This document shows, piece after piece, positions 56,742 through 64,000 of a stretch of DNA of 64,000 bases. The notes beneath the pieces are model-generated. The model worked only from the letters and a program-made list of their open reading frames with translations, had not been told where the DNA came from and made no database searches. The DNA is from Alphaproteobacteria bacterium (lineage in GTDB: Bacteria > Pseudomonadota > Alphaproteobacteria > SP197), in contig OZ245842.1 of the NCBI GenBank assembly GCA_965228895.1, forward strand, positions 3,328,001 through 3,392,000, in the 5' to 3' direction. The number at the start of each line of letters is the position of its first letter. The stretch's first letter is position 1. Both the position numbers and the translations under genes were made by a program.

Positions 56742-57638
56742 ATGGATCGGCGCAGCCATCGGTTCGTGGCTCTGTGCCTGCCGATGATGCTGGCCTTGGG
56801 CGTCAGTTCGGTCGGCCACGCCCATCACGGCCATACGCACATCTATGATGGGTTCGAAGGCAGCGTCATCGGGCAGGATTTCTGGCACTTCAGTCAGGCT
56901 CGGCCGGATGCCGTTTGGGTCGCCACCGATGTTGTCCGAAATGGCCACGGCGCGCTGGCGATCCGGATCGGGCCGGAAGACACCCATCCCGCCACAATGA
57001 TGCAGCGCAACGAGGTGCGCGTCGCTAAGGCTTACCAACTGCCGTTCGGCGCGGACGTCTGGTACGGCTTCAGCTTCAGGATCGAAGGCGAGATCGAACG
57101 AAGAGCAAGCACCCGGTGGATTATCGGCCAGTGGAAAGAGGATTCTGATGCAAGCCCGTTTTTGGCGCAACGCTTCGACAACGGTGTCTTTCACATTACG
57201 GTCCAGGACGATATCTGCCGCGTGCTGGTGGCCGCCGCCAATGGGCCAGAGGGCGGCCTGACGACGGACATCGCTCACCATGAGCTCGGTGGATTCGACT
57301 TCGTCTCGGACTTCTGGACCCAAGACTGCACGCCCGAACTGACGATCGCGCGGGGCGACAATCCAACCCTGCCGGACCCCTATGGCAACTGGGTCGATAT
57401 GGTCTATCACATCAAGGGCGACCGAGATGGCCACGGGCTGATCGAGATCTGGGCCAATGGCCGCTTTATTGCCCGCGTGACCGGCTCGATCGGCAGCGAT
57501 CGAACAAACGGTCCGATGCAGTACTTCAAGATCGGCATGTATCGCGACATCATGCCCGGGTCGGCCACCATCTATGTCGACGACTTCAGGCGAGGTGCGA
57601 CCCGCAGCGACATTGACCCGGTTCACGAAGTGCCCTGA
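56742..57638 (+). CDS. Secreted polysaccharide lyase (heparin lyase I-like) family protein
   Basis: Signal peptide; QRNE, WYGFSF, IIGQWK and YFKIGMYR motifs. Confidence 0.75.
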   Translation: MDRRSHRFVALCLPMMLALGVSSVGHAHHGHTHIYDGFEGSVIGQDFWHFSQARPDAVWVATDVVRNGHGALAIRIGPEDTHPATMMQRNEVRVAKAYQLPFGADVWYGFSFRIEGEIERRASTRWIIGQWKEDSDASPFLAQRFDNGVFHITVQDDICRVLVAAANGPEGGLTTDIAHHELGGFDFVSDFWTQDCTPELTIARGDNPTLPDPYGNWVDMVYHIKGDRDGHGLIEIWANGRFIARVTGSIGSDRTNGPMQYFKIGMYRDIMPGSATIYVDDFRRGATRSDIDPVHEVP

Positions 57639-57663
57639 CCAGTCGTGACCTCGCTTGCGCTAC

Positions 57664-58251
57664 TCAGATCGCGATTGCCAATTCCATCCGCCGCCAGGGG
57701 TGGAGCAGACGACGGTCGTCCTTGGCGAACGCGAAGTAGTTGCCGCCGCCGGGCGGCTGATCGTGTTCGCGGGCAATTTCGTGGCCCGCGACATGGCACA
57801 GCAGCAACGTGCCGATCGCGCCATGGCCGACGAACAGCACGTCGCCGCTGTCATGACGGTTCAAGACCGCCTCGACCTCGCCGACGATACGAACCTGTGC
57901 GTCGATCGCACGCTCCCAACCACGCACGCTTTCTTCGGGCGCGGCAAAGAACCGGTCGGCGACCGCTTCGAACGCGTCCGACGGTAGAAATCCGGTCGCC
58001 GATCGGTCGTTTTCGTGCATGGCCTTGCGAACCTCGACGGCGAGACCTGACGTCTGCGCGATGATCTCGGCGGTTTCGACGGCCTTCACCTCGCCGCTCG
58101 CCACGATGCGCGCGGTGTCTCGCAGGCACGGATGCCCGGCGAACGCTTCGGCGCGTGCGCGGCCGACCTCGCTCAGTGACCACGAAGGCACCGGCACGGC
58201 GGGATCGATCGTGACCTCCGGATGAGTGAGATAACGTACACAGACAGCCAT
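57664..58251 (-). CDS. Histidine phosphatase family protein
   Basis: THP..W.LS..G, S.E.KA.ETA and VGHG motifs. Confidence 0.82.
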   Translation of the reverse strand: MAVCVRYLTHPEVTIDPAVPVPSWSLSEVGRARAEAFAGHPCLRDTARIVASGEVKAVETAEIIAQTSGLAVEVRKAMHENDRSATGFLPSDAFEAVADRFFAAPEESVRGWERAIDAQVRIVGEVEAVLNRHDSGDVLFVGHGAIGTLLLCHVAGHEIAREHDQPPGGGNYFAFAKDDRRLLHPWRRMELAIAI

Positions 58252-58276
58252 GTACGTTGTTCTAAAGCCCGCAGCG

Positions 58277-59647
58277 CTAGCGGCCAATCCTCAGGTTGCT
58301 GAGCTCCTGGCCGATCGCGCGGAAAGCGGACTGCAACTCAGCGGCACTCGGCGAATCAAAGTAGTTGTCCGGCTCGCTCGCGCAGCCGCGCATCAGGTTA
58401 CGCACCGTGTTCGAGCTGACCTGGAACGTAATGGTGTAGATGATGATCCCCTCGGCCTTGATGTTGTTGCATACAGCAGTCGTGCGGTTGTTGAGCCGTC
58501 TGATTGCCCGACTGGAATTGCTGGTTCCAAGCCGCTCCGCCGACAGGTAGCCATAGGCGGAGTAAACCGACGAGCTCATGACATTCTCACCATCTGTCAT
58601 CAACACGATGGCCTTCCGGAACTCCTCATCGTCATAGGCATGGCCTTCGGTAAATGGTTCGGTGGGCGATATGACGCGCCAGCCCCAAACCAAGCCGGTA
58701 TTGATGTGCGTGTTGCCGGCAGAGGCCATCTCGTTGATCTTGGCGTCGATGAAGGATTTGGTGCTGGTCAACGGCAACAGTTCCGCCGGGCAATAGCGAT
58801 TGGGCGTGGCCCAGCGCGACGTGTTGTAACCTGACCAGTTGTTGTTGCGGTCATCGGGCCACAGGAAGGCCTCCCAGCGGCGGTTGTTGCTGGTCGGCGG
58901 GACATCGGTACGGTCCCTGTTGCCACCACGCGCCATGACGCAGCCTTCCCAATCGAACGGATCGAAGTCGTCTTCGTCAAACGCGTCGTTCAGATGGGCA
59001 AAATCGTCGCCGACATTGACCGCGGCCGCAAAGGGCACGATGCCGACCAGCAGAAGCTCGTTCTCCGTGCTGTCACCGAACAGGATGTCGACGAAGGTGC
59101 GCGACGCCGTTTTCAGGCTGTTCATCTTCGTCGTGCCCATGGAGCCCGTGTTGTCGAGCACCAGGACCACTTCCAGACCTTTGGTTTCACGAACAATAAC
59201 GGTCGAGGCCGAGACAGTCAGAGTATCGATACCGACGATGCTCATCAGCGTGGTGTTGATCGTGGCCGTCGCTTCCAGCTCGATCTCATCGTCGGTCAGC
59301 GTCATTTCCGGTGTCGCCGCCACGCCGACTTCATTCGCCGGATAGTTCGCCTCGAAAAAGGCCTCCATGAGCTCCTCCAGCTCGGCCTCGTCGGTGATGG
59401 AGGAGGCGCCAACAGCCAGGCCCGCCGCGTCGAGCGCGTAACCCAGCCGCGATTTCACCAGGTAGGCGCGCCCCATATCGATGGCTGCGCCGCCGGCCAT
59501 GCAAAGAGGGATCAAGGCGAGCGCAAAGACCACCGCCACAGCGCCGCGACGGTCTGTCAGAACGTCACGGCAGAACCGCCATGAACTCCTCGACAACCCG
59601 ACTGAATGGCACATCCTGGTGAACCAGAAACCACACCGCGTAACCAT
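58277..59647 (-). CDS. TadG-like Flp pilus-associated protein with vWA domain (start uncertain)
   Basis: DRRGAVAVVFAL..AIDMGR..ALDAA; VLDNTGSM MIDAS motif; LMTDGEN. Confidence 0.88.
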   Translation of the reverse strand: MVTRCGFWFTRMCHSVGLSRSSWRFCRDVLTDRRGAVAVVFALALIPLCMAGGAAIDMGRAYLVKSRLGYALDAAGLAVGASSITDEAELEELMEAFFEANYPANEVGVAATPEMTLTDDEIELEATATINTTLMSIVGIDTLTVSASTVIVRETKGLEVVLVLDNTGSMGTTKMNSLKTASRTFVDILFGDSTENELLLVGIVPFAAAVNVGDDFAHLNDAFDEDDFDPFDWEGCVMARGGNRDRTDVPPTSNNRRWEAFLWPDDRNNNWSGYNTSRWATPNRYCPAELLPLTSTKSFIDAKINEMASAGNTHINTGLVWGWRVISPTEPFTEGHAYDDEEFRKAIVLMTDGENVMSSSVYSAYGYLSAERLGTSNSSRAIRRLNNRTTAVCNNIKAEGIIIYTITFQVSSNTVRNLMRGCASEPDNYFDSPSAAELQSAFRAIGQELSNLRIGR

Positions 59648-59932
59648 GTTGACGACCCCTCCTCGACACGGTTGCTCCCGCGAACGCCGGGATCGCAAAA
59701 GTGGCTGCGAAACCTCTTGGCGGCCCCGTTTGAGTCGCGCCAAAACCCCAACGCATTTACTACTTGTATCGTGTAGAGTTTATTAATTACAAGAGGTTGC
59801 AATCATTTTTTCCATGAAACTATCAGAAATCACGCACAAGCTGCGGCGCGACAACGCGCCAGGCCGGTCCAGGGCCGTCTCAATGTGGTTCGAACACATG
59901 ATTTGCCAGGCGTTTTGTCGTTGCTGGCGGTA

Positions 59933-61390
59933 TCAGCCGGCGCCTTCTTCGTGAACCCCGGCGGCAAACCGGTCGGCCAGCACGTGGACCGGCGGACCGA
60001 GTGGGCCGCCCGGCGCGACGTCGTCGAACACCGCGCTAATCTGCCCGGCGCGCTCCCTCAGCGGCCCCGGCACGGGACGCTTCGTCACTTGAAGCGCGCG
60101 CATAGCGATCGGCGCCAGCGATGCCAGCACCAGATCCAGGCAACGACCGGCGCGCGCCTGCTTGGTCCAGGCCAGGAACACCGGCGATGCCACGTCGTTT
60201 TGGCCAAAGCCCCCGGACTCGCTGCCGGGTAGCAAGGTCGTCTGGGCATAGAGCCTGGCCTCCTCCTCGTACCCCGTGGCCGCCATGGGCAGGCAGCCCA
60301 TGTAGCTGCGCCGGCCGCCTTCCGTCTCGCCCTCGTCGAACAATTGGTCCAACAACAGCGAGACCGAGCCATCCAGCAGCTTGGCGCCATGCCGTTCGCC
60401 GATGACGCAGAGATTGGCATAGGCCGATGTCACCATGTCCATTGCCATGACCGCCTGGGCATTGTGATAACCGCCGGTCGAAACGAACTGGCCGAACGGA
60501 TGGTCGACATCGGCGTCAAGCAGCACAGGATTATCGGTCGCTGCGGCCAGCGATTCCGTCGCGATCTCCTCGGCCATGGTGGCGGCGCGATGGGTCTGGC
60601 CCAGCAAACGCGGCATGATGCGAAAGCTGACCGGCGCCTGATAGGGCCGGCGCGCACCACCGTGGCCGCCGTCGATGAGCCGCCGCACCGTGCTGAGCGC
60701 CCAGGCGTCGTGCTTGTTGTTCCAACAGTCTTCCAACGCTTCGGCAAAGTGACCGAGCGGTGCGTTGAACGCTTCGGCGGACAACGCAAACACCTCCGCG
60801 GCCAGTGTCAGGCGGTTCATCGCCGCCAGCGCCGTGTCGGTGACCAGCGCGCTTGCCGCGGGCGAGCCGTTGACCAGAGACAGCATGTCTTTTTCCGCCG
60901 GTTCGACCTTCTCGGCCACCCCGGCAAACAGGTGCGACAGCGATAGGATCTCACCGGCCCCGCCCTGTCCCTTGGCCGGCACCTGGGGCAGCGGCGCACC
61001 ATCCAGCATCGCCGCCACGGCTTGCGCGACCTGCGGCGAGACCGCAGCGTGGCCCTCGACGAAATTCGCCAGCCTGGCCAGGACAATCAGCCTGACGACA
61101 CGCTCCGGCAAAACGTCGCCCCATGAGGCCGCCGCAGCGGTTGGCGGGAACTTAGCTTGCGCCTTGCGCTCCTGCGGCGACAACCGCCGTTTCGCCTCTT
61201 GACCCATGCCGGTCGTAACGCCATAGATCGTCACATCCGGATCGTTCTCCAGGATGTCCTCAAAGCGCGACCGCGCGTCCGCAATAGCCACAACGGCCGT
61301 CTCACCCAGCGTCACGGCCTCGCCGCGCCAGCCGACCCGGCGGGCGGCGTCCAGTGTGATGTCACGACGGCGATCAATGACGAAAACCAT
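59933..61390 (-). CDS. Aromatic amino-acid lyase (HAL/PAL) superfamily protein lacking the MIO Ala-Ser-Gly
   Basis: IYGVTTGMG, KDMLSLVNG, YQAPVSFR and TDNP are present; the MIO loop reads GQGGAGEI. Confidence 0.85.
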   Translation of the reverse strand: MVFVIDRRRDITLDAARRVGWRGEAVTLGETAVVAIADARSRFEDILENDPDVTIYGVTTGMGQEAKRRLSPQERKAQAKFPPTAAAASWGDVLPERVVRLIVLARLANFVEGHAAVSPQVAQAVAAMLDGAPLPQVPAKGQGGAGEILSLSHLFAGVAEKVEPAEKDMLSLVNGSPAASALVTDTALAAMNRLTLAAEVFALSAEAFNAPLGHFAEALEDCWNNKHDAWALSTVRRLIDGGHGGARRPYQAPVSFRIMPRLLGQTHRAATMAEEIATESLAAATDNPVLLDADVDHPFGQFVSTGGYHNAQAVMAMDMVTSAYANLCVIGERHGAKLLDGSVSLLLDQLFDEGETEGGRRSYMGCLPMAATGYEEEARLYAQTTLLPGSESGGFGQNDVASPVFLAWTKQARAGRCLDLVLASLAPIAMRALQVTKRPVPGPLRERAGQISAVFDDVAPGGPLGPPVHVLADRFAAGVHEEGAG

Positions 61391-61498
61391 GGTGCCTGTC
61401 TCCCAATACAAAGAGACGCGACCTTAGCTGGCGCGGACGGCGGCGCGATAGACGATACTTGGCGTGGGCAGGCGCGCGCTGACTGATGCATTCAGTTT

Positions 61499-61526
61499 TT
61501 GACCGAACGTTCCAGACTAGTATGAT
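61499..61526 (+). promoter_or_regulatory. tetR promoter overlapped by an operator
   Basis: TTGACC-N16-TATGAT; TTGACCGAACGTTCCA matches the 62144 operator (reverse complement) at 13 of 16 positions. Confidence 0.6.
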
Positions 61527-61546
61527 GCAGGATCGGAGGGTCGCGG

Positions 61547-62128
61547 ATGCCGTGGGAAAAGAGCTACAAAGAAACCGATGTGCTGGAGCGTGCCATGCTG
61601 GCGTTCTGGGCGCGCGGCTACGAGGCGACGTCGATCAACGATCTGGTCGAGGTGACCGGCATCAATCGCGGCAGCCTTTATGCCGCCTTCGACGACAAGC
61701 ATGGGCTCTTCACGCAGGCCTTGCGCCACTATGACCGCGTCCATCGGCAGGACTATCTGACACGGCTTGCCGCACGCCACGGGCCGAAAGACGCCATCCT
61801 CACTGCCTTCCAGGACGCCGCCCGCAATATCGGGCGCGGCGCCAAGCCGGCCGGCTGCCTGTTGGTCAACACGGCGCTTGAACTCTCGCCCCACGACCCG
61901 GAGATCCGGCAGTTCGTTGGTGGCAGTCTGAAGGCTGTCGAAGACTTTTTCTGTTCGATGATCGAGGCGGGCCAGGAAGACGGCTCGGTCAAGTCGACAT
62001 TATCAGCGCGTAAGACGGCACAGGCGCTGATGGGTCTCTTTTTGGGCCTGCGTGTGCTCACCCGGTCATCGGCCAATCGCCAGGCGCTTGACGCCGTCAC
62101 CGAGCAGGCACGAACCATGTTGTCATAA
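61547..62128 (+). CDS. TetR family regulator (NemR/ComR-like)
   Basis: FWARGYEATSINDL..GINRGSLYAAF; GCLLVN. Confidence 0.93.
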   Translation: MPWEKSYKETDVLERAMLAFWARGYEATSINDLVEVTGINRGSLYAAFDDKHGLFTQALRHYDRVHRQDYLTRLAARHGPKDAILTAFQDAARNIGRGAKPAGCLLVNTALELSPHDPEIRQFVGGSLKAVEDFFCSMIEAGQEDGSVKSTLSARKTAQALMGLFLGLRVLTRSSANRQALDAVTEQARTMLS

Positions 62129-62143
62129 AAAATTTGAGTGATT

Positions 62144-62159
62144 TGGAACGATCGTTCTA
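62144..62159. promoter_or_regulatory. TetR-type operator
   Basis: Near-perfect palindrome TGGAACGATCGTTCTA just upstream of the RBS. Confidence 0.7.
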
Positions 62160-62178
62160 CACACCGAAGGAGGAAATC

Positions 62179-62748
62179 ATGAGTGTTTCATACGTCGAAC
62201 GGGATCAGGCCGATCCCATTACCCTGGCCTTCTATGACAAGGCTGAGGACCGCTTTCAGGCGCTGCTGAACATCTTCAAGGTATTCGGCCACCAGCCGGA
62301 ATACGGCACCGTCTTCACCGACATGATTATGGCGGTCCTTAAGGACGGCGTTCTCGACTGGCAGACCAAAGAACTGCTGATCTTGAAGGCGACACAGCGC
62401 AACCAGTGTCAGTACTGCGTCGTCCAGCATGAGCGCGTCTCCAATATGCTGGGCATCGACGACGCCAAAATCGCCGATCTCGACGCGGATCTCTACCAGG
62501 CCAGCCCGCACTTCACCGAAGGCGAAAAGGCGTTGCTCGACCTGACGGTGCAAATCGGCGAGGATGCCAATCGCATCCCCAAAGCGCTATGGGATCGCCT
62601 GCACGCCAACTGGACCGAACCGCAGATCGTCGACGCCGTCTTTGTCATCACGATCTATATCGCGGTCTCAAAGTTCGGCGACGCCCTGGGCGTTGAACTG
62701 GAGCCCATGTTCGACGGCGTCAAACCGATCCTTTCCGTCGAACACTAG
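62179..62748 (+). CDS. AhpD/CMD-family peroxidase-like protein
   Basis: KELLIL..NQCQYCVVQH (CxxC); AAGGAGG RBS. Confidence 0.85.
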   Translation: MSVSYVERDQADPITLAFYDKAEDRFQALLNIFKVFGHQPEYGTVFTDMIMAVLKDGVLDWQTKELLILKATQRNQCQYCVVQHERVSNMLGIDDAKIADLDADLYQASPHFTEGEKALLDLTVQIGEDANRIPKALWDRLHANWTEPQIVDAVFVITIYIAVSKFGDALGVELEPMFDGVKPILSVEH

Positions 62749-62972
62749 GTGATGGCGCGCCGCCGACGCCTGCCCGGTTGCTTATGACCAATCCGACCGT
62801 TTGACCGTGTTGCCGAACGCTCAGGCTTCGTCTTGGGCGCCATGTGCGCAAAATGCGCACGCGATGGTCGAAGTCGTGTAGACTGGCCTATTGGATTACG
62901 CACGCGAAACCACCGGCTTCGGCAAACCCGACGCTAGAGGATGCGCTACACGCGCCAAGAAAAGGAGATTCA

Positions 62973-63128
62973 ATGGCCAGGCAACCCAACTACCGTTTCG
63001 AGCGGGAAGAACGCACGCGCCAGAAAGCTGCGAAAAAGGCAGCCCGCCTTGCCGCCAAACAGGAAAAAGCAGCGGCGAAAAAAGACGCTGAGTCGGATTC
63101 TCAGTCAACCGAACCGTCGGAGACCTAG
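62973..63128 (+). CDS. Small basic Lys/Ala-rich protein
   Basis: MARQPNYRFEREER..KAAKK; AAGGAG RBS. Confidence 0.65.
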   Translation: MARQPNYRFEREERTRQKAAKKAARLAAKQEKAAAKKDAESDSQSTEPSET

Positions 63129-63297
63129 GTTCGGTGAGGCGGGAACAGCGGCTCTAGGAACTTTTCCTATGGCGCTGGCACCAAGCTTTATGTTGATGTC
63201 ACCGGCCGCGGCAATTGATCAGCGCCTCCGAGAAAGTCGACCTACCGCTTGCCATGGGCAGTTGCCAATCAGCTAGAACTGATCGGCACCGCCAATT

Positions 63298-63492
63298 TCA
63301 GCGGCTGCTTCCCGAGAATGACCGGACCGGCAAGCCATTGCGCCAAGCGTTCGTCGACTTGCACGATGAACAGATCCGCTCACCCGACCACTTGCTGGCG
63401 AAGGTGTTCTTGCACCTCAAGCATGTGCGCGATCTCGCAACATCTTGAGCTGAGTGGTTATCGGCCGTCGCTTCATCTGCAGAACGGGTCAC
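63298..63492 (-). CDS. Small C4 zinc-finger protein
   Basis: RTCLRC..F.S...GERICSSCK; GTG overlaps the upstream TGA. Confidence 0.65.
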   Translation of the reverse strand: MTRSADEATADNHSAQDVARSRTCLRCKNTFASKWSGERICSSCKSTNAWRNGLPVRSFSGSSR

Positions 63493-63800
63493 GGTGTATC
63501 CTTCCCACGCCCGCCCAGCCAAGCGAGGTCCTCCAGCGCGAGTGCGATGAGCTCGCGGCGGCGTGGCTCCTGTCCTTCAATCGTCGCCGCAAACAGTTGG
63601 ACGAGATACTGCGCTCTTGCCGTCGCGTCCGCGCATGTCTCGGCAGGCGCCGCCAACAACGTTGTTTCCAACGCGTCCTGGCGACACTTCAAGTCAGCCT
63701 GATGGGCGTGGAAATCCTCAAGGCGCTGACGCCGGCTCTCTGTCGCCTCGCGGGCAGACTTTTCTCGATGCGCATCAAGATCAACAGGATCGTCTGTCAT
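63489..63800 (-). CDS. Conserved-looking helical hypothetical protein
   Basis: MTDDPVDLDAHR..LLAAPA..A.YL; GGAGG RBS. Confidence 0.7.
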   Translation of the reverse strand: MTDDPVDLDAHREKSAREATESRRQRLEDFHAHQADLKCRQDALETTLLAAPAETCADATARAQYLVQLFAATIEGQEPRRRELIALALEDLAWLGGRGKDTP

Positions 63801-63878
63801 CAGGACTCTTGGCCTCCAGTGCCCGAAACAATGCTTGCGCCAACCATGCCTGCAGTCGGCTGCGACGCGGAATACGCC

Positions 63879-63998
63879 TCATGCAACATCGGCAACTTCA
63901 TCCGTCCAAACGCGGAACGTCTCGAGTGTGTTGGGCCCGAACGTTGTCGTCATGGCGACGTCGGTCGCATCCCGGCCACGCGCCAATAGGACCCTGCC
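63879..63998 (-). CDS. Transglutaminase-family protein, C-terminal end (partial)
   Basis: Manual translation GRVLLARGRDATDVAMTTTFGPNTLETFRVWTDEVADVA*; GRDAxDV motif. Confidence 0.75.
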   Translation of the reverse strand, partial: GRVLLARGRDATDVAMTTTFGPNTLETFRVWTDEVADVA

Positions 63999-64000
63999 GA

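Noticed and set aside
1693-56743. Many long alternative-frame or antisense ORFs (e.g. 1693-2661, 3015-4121, 12126-13472, 18238-19404, 37712-39259, 55073-56743)
   Set aside because: Shadow ORFs of high-GC genes; they overlap motif-bearing CDSs and contain no recognisable motifs.
59750-59830. CtrA box upstream of the TadG-like gene
   Set aside because: AT-rich with one TTAA half-site, but no TTAA-N7-TTAA match.
63249-63989. 246-aa plus-strand ORF
   Set aside because: Antisense to three better-supported minus-strand genes.

Overview
GC-rich alphaproteobacterial chromosomal segment (Rhodospirillales-like by gene content; inference), mostly accessory catabolic and redox genes: hydantoinase A/B, oxygenases, orphan polyamine-type binding proteins and an FNR-box-associated arginine deiminase cluster. 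No rRNA, tRNA, CRISPR array or transposase was seen. The most notable region is a compact phage-derived module at about 5.07-10.2 kb. It has an intact CI/S24 repressor flanked by matching ATAGG-N6-CCTAT operators, a winged-helix gene, a GcrA-like/Zn-finger gene, a replication initiator with internal iteron-like repeats and two paralogous DUF6362-like genes, but no integrase or virion genes. It carries a lower-GC, translationally coupled two-gene cargo (a Pol-beta-fold nucleotidyltransferase plus an unknown partner) that is a candidate undescribed defence or toxin-antitoxin system. The second highlight is a probable operon at 34.9-41.4 kb with two adjacent Rieske-fused enzymes (FMN glutamate-synthase-like and ThDP oxidase-like), preceded by a GTAAC-N16-GCATC motif that also precedes the neighbouring anti-sigma gene. 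Also seen: an aromatic amino-acid lyase homolog lacking the MIO-forming Ala-Ser-Gly, a fused DoxDA, a DAACS-SBP fusion, and two inverted CIR/RIME-like repeats with covarying stems. All family calls come from motif recognition by eye; no database searches were run.
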